Positions 63,778-64,000 of a DNA stretch of 64,000 bases are shown in pieces. Below the pieces are notes generated by a model that was given only the letters and a program-made list of their open reading frames with translations, was not told the DNA's origin and searched no databases. Origin of the DNA: Octopus sinensis (taxonomy: Eukaryota); the NCBI RefSeq assembly GCF_006345805.1, contig NC_043011.1:53084464-53148463 (forward strand), written 5' to 3'. Made by a program: the position numbers and the translations under genes. The stretch's first letter is position 1; every line of letters begins with the position of its first letter.

Positions 63778-64000
63778 TAAGGTAGCAAGCTGGCAGAAAG
63801 ATTAGCACGCTGGGCGAGATGCTTAGTGGTATTTCGTCTGCTGTTACGTTTTGAGTTCAAATTCCGCCAAGGTCGACTTTGCCTTTCATCCTTTCGGGGT
63901 TGATACACTAAGTACCAGTTACGCACTGGGGTCGATATAATCAACTTAAACCGTCTGTCTGTCCTTGTTTGTCTCCTCTGTGTTTAGCCCCTTGTGGGTA
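63778..64000 (+). mobile_element. SINE family A1, runs to the window end
   Basis: aaggtagcaagctggcagaaag head to ccccttgtgggta. Confidence 0.9.

Overview
AT-rich, repeat-saturated eukaryotic genomic DNA. It is most likely an Octopus species; this is inferred from the SINE repertoire and microsatellite load and was not database-checked. No host protein-coding gene, true tRNA/rRNA gene or CRISPR array can be supported, and the long ORFs in the track are microsatellite translations or transposon fossils. The window holds three tRNA-headed SINE families (here A, B, D) and about 20 5'-truncated copies of one RTE LINE whose 3' UTR carries a ~60-66 bp tandem unit. It also holds fossils of other RTE, Tx1-like, R4/Dong-like and CR1-like LINEs, two non-autonomous Helitrons, deleted mariner and Tigger elements, a hAT fossil and piggyBac-type MITEs. 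Main discovery: three unrelated, non-coding, TSD-flanked short elements (5201-5412, 34450-34798, 58757-59300) each carry a Penelope-type minimal type-I hammerhead ribozyme with a palindromic helix III. One of these is a tRNA (Pol III)-headed element inserted as a head-to-head palindrome. Other notable observations: a recurrent SINE dimer junction whose two sides are reverse complements, a perfect 190-bp inverted duplication, and a 15-bp templated insertion at the palindrome apex.
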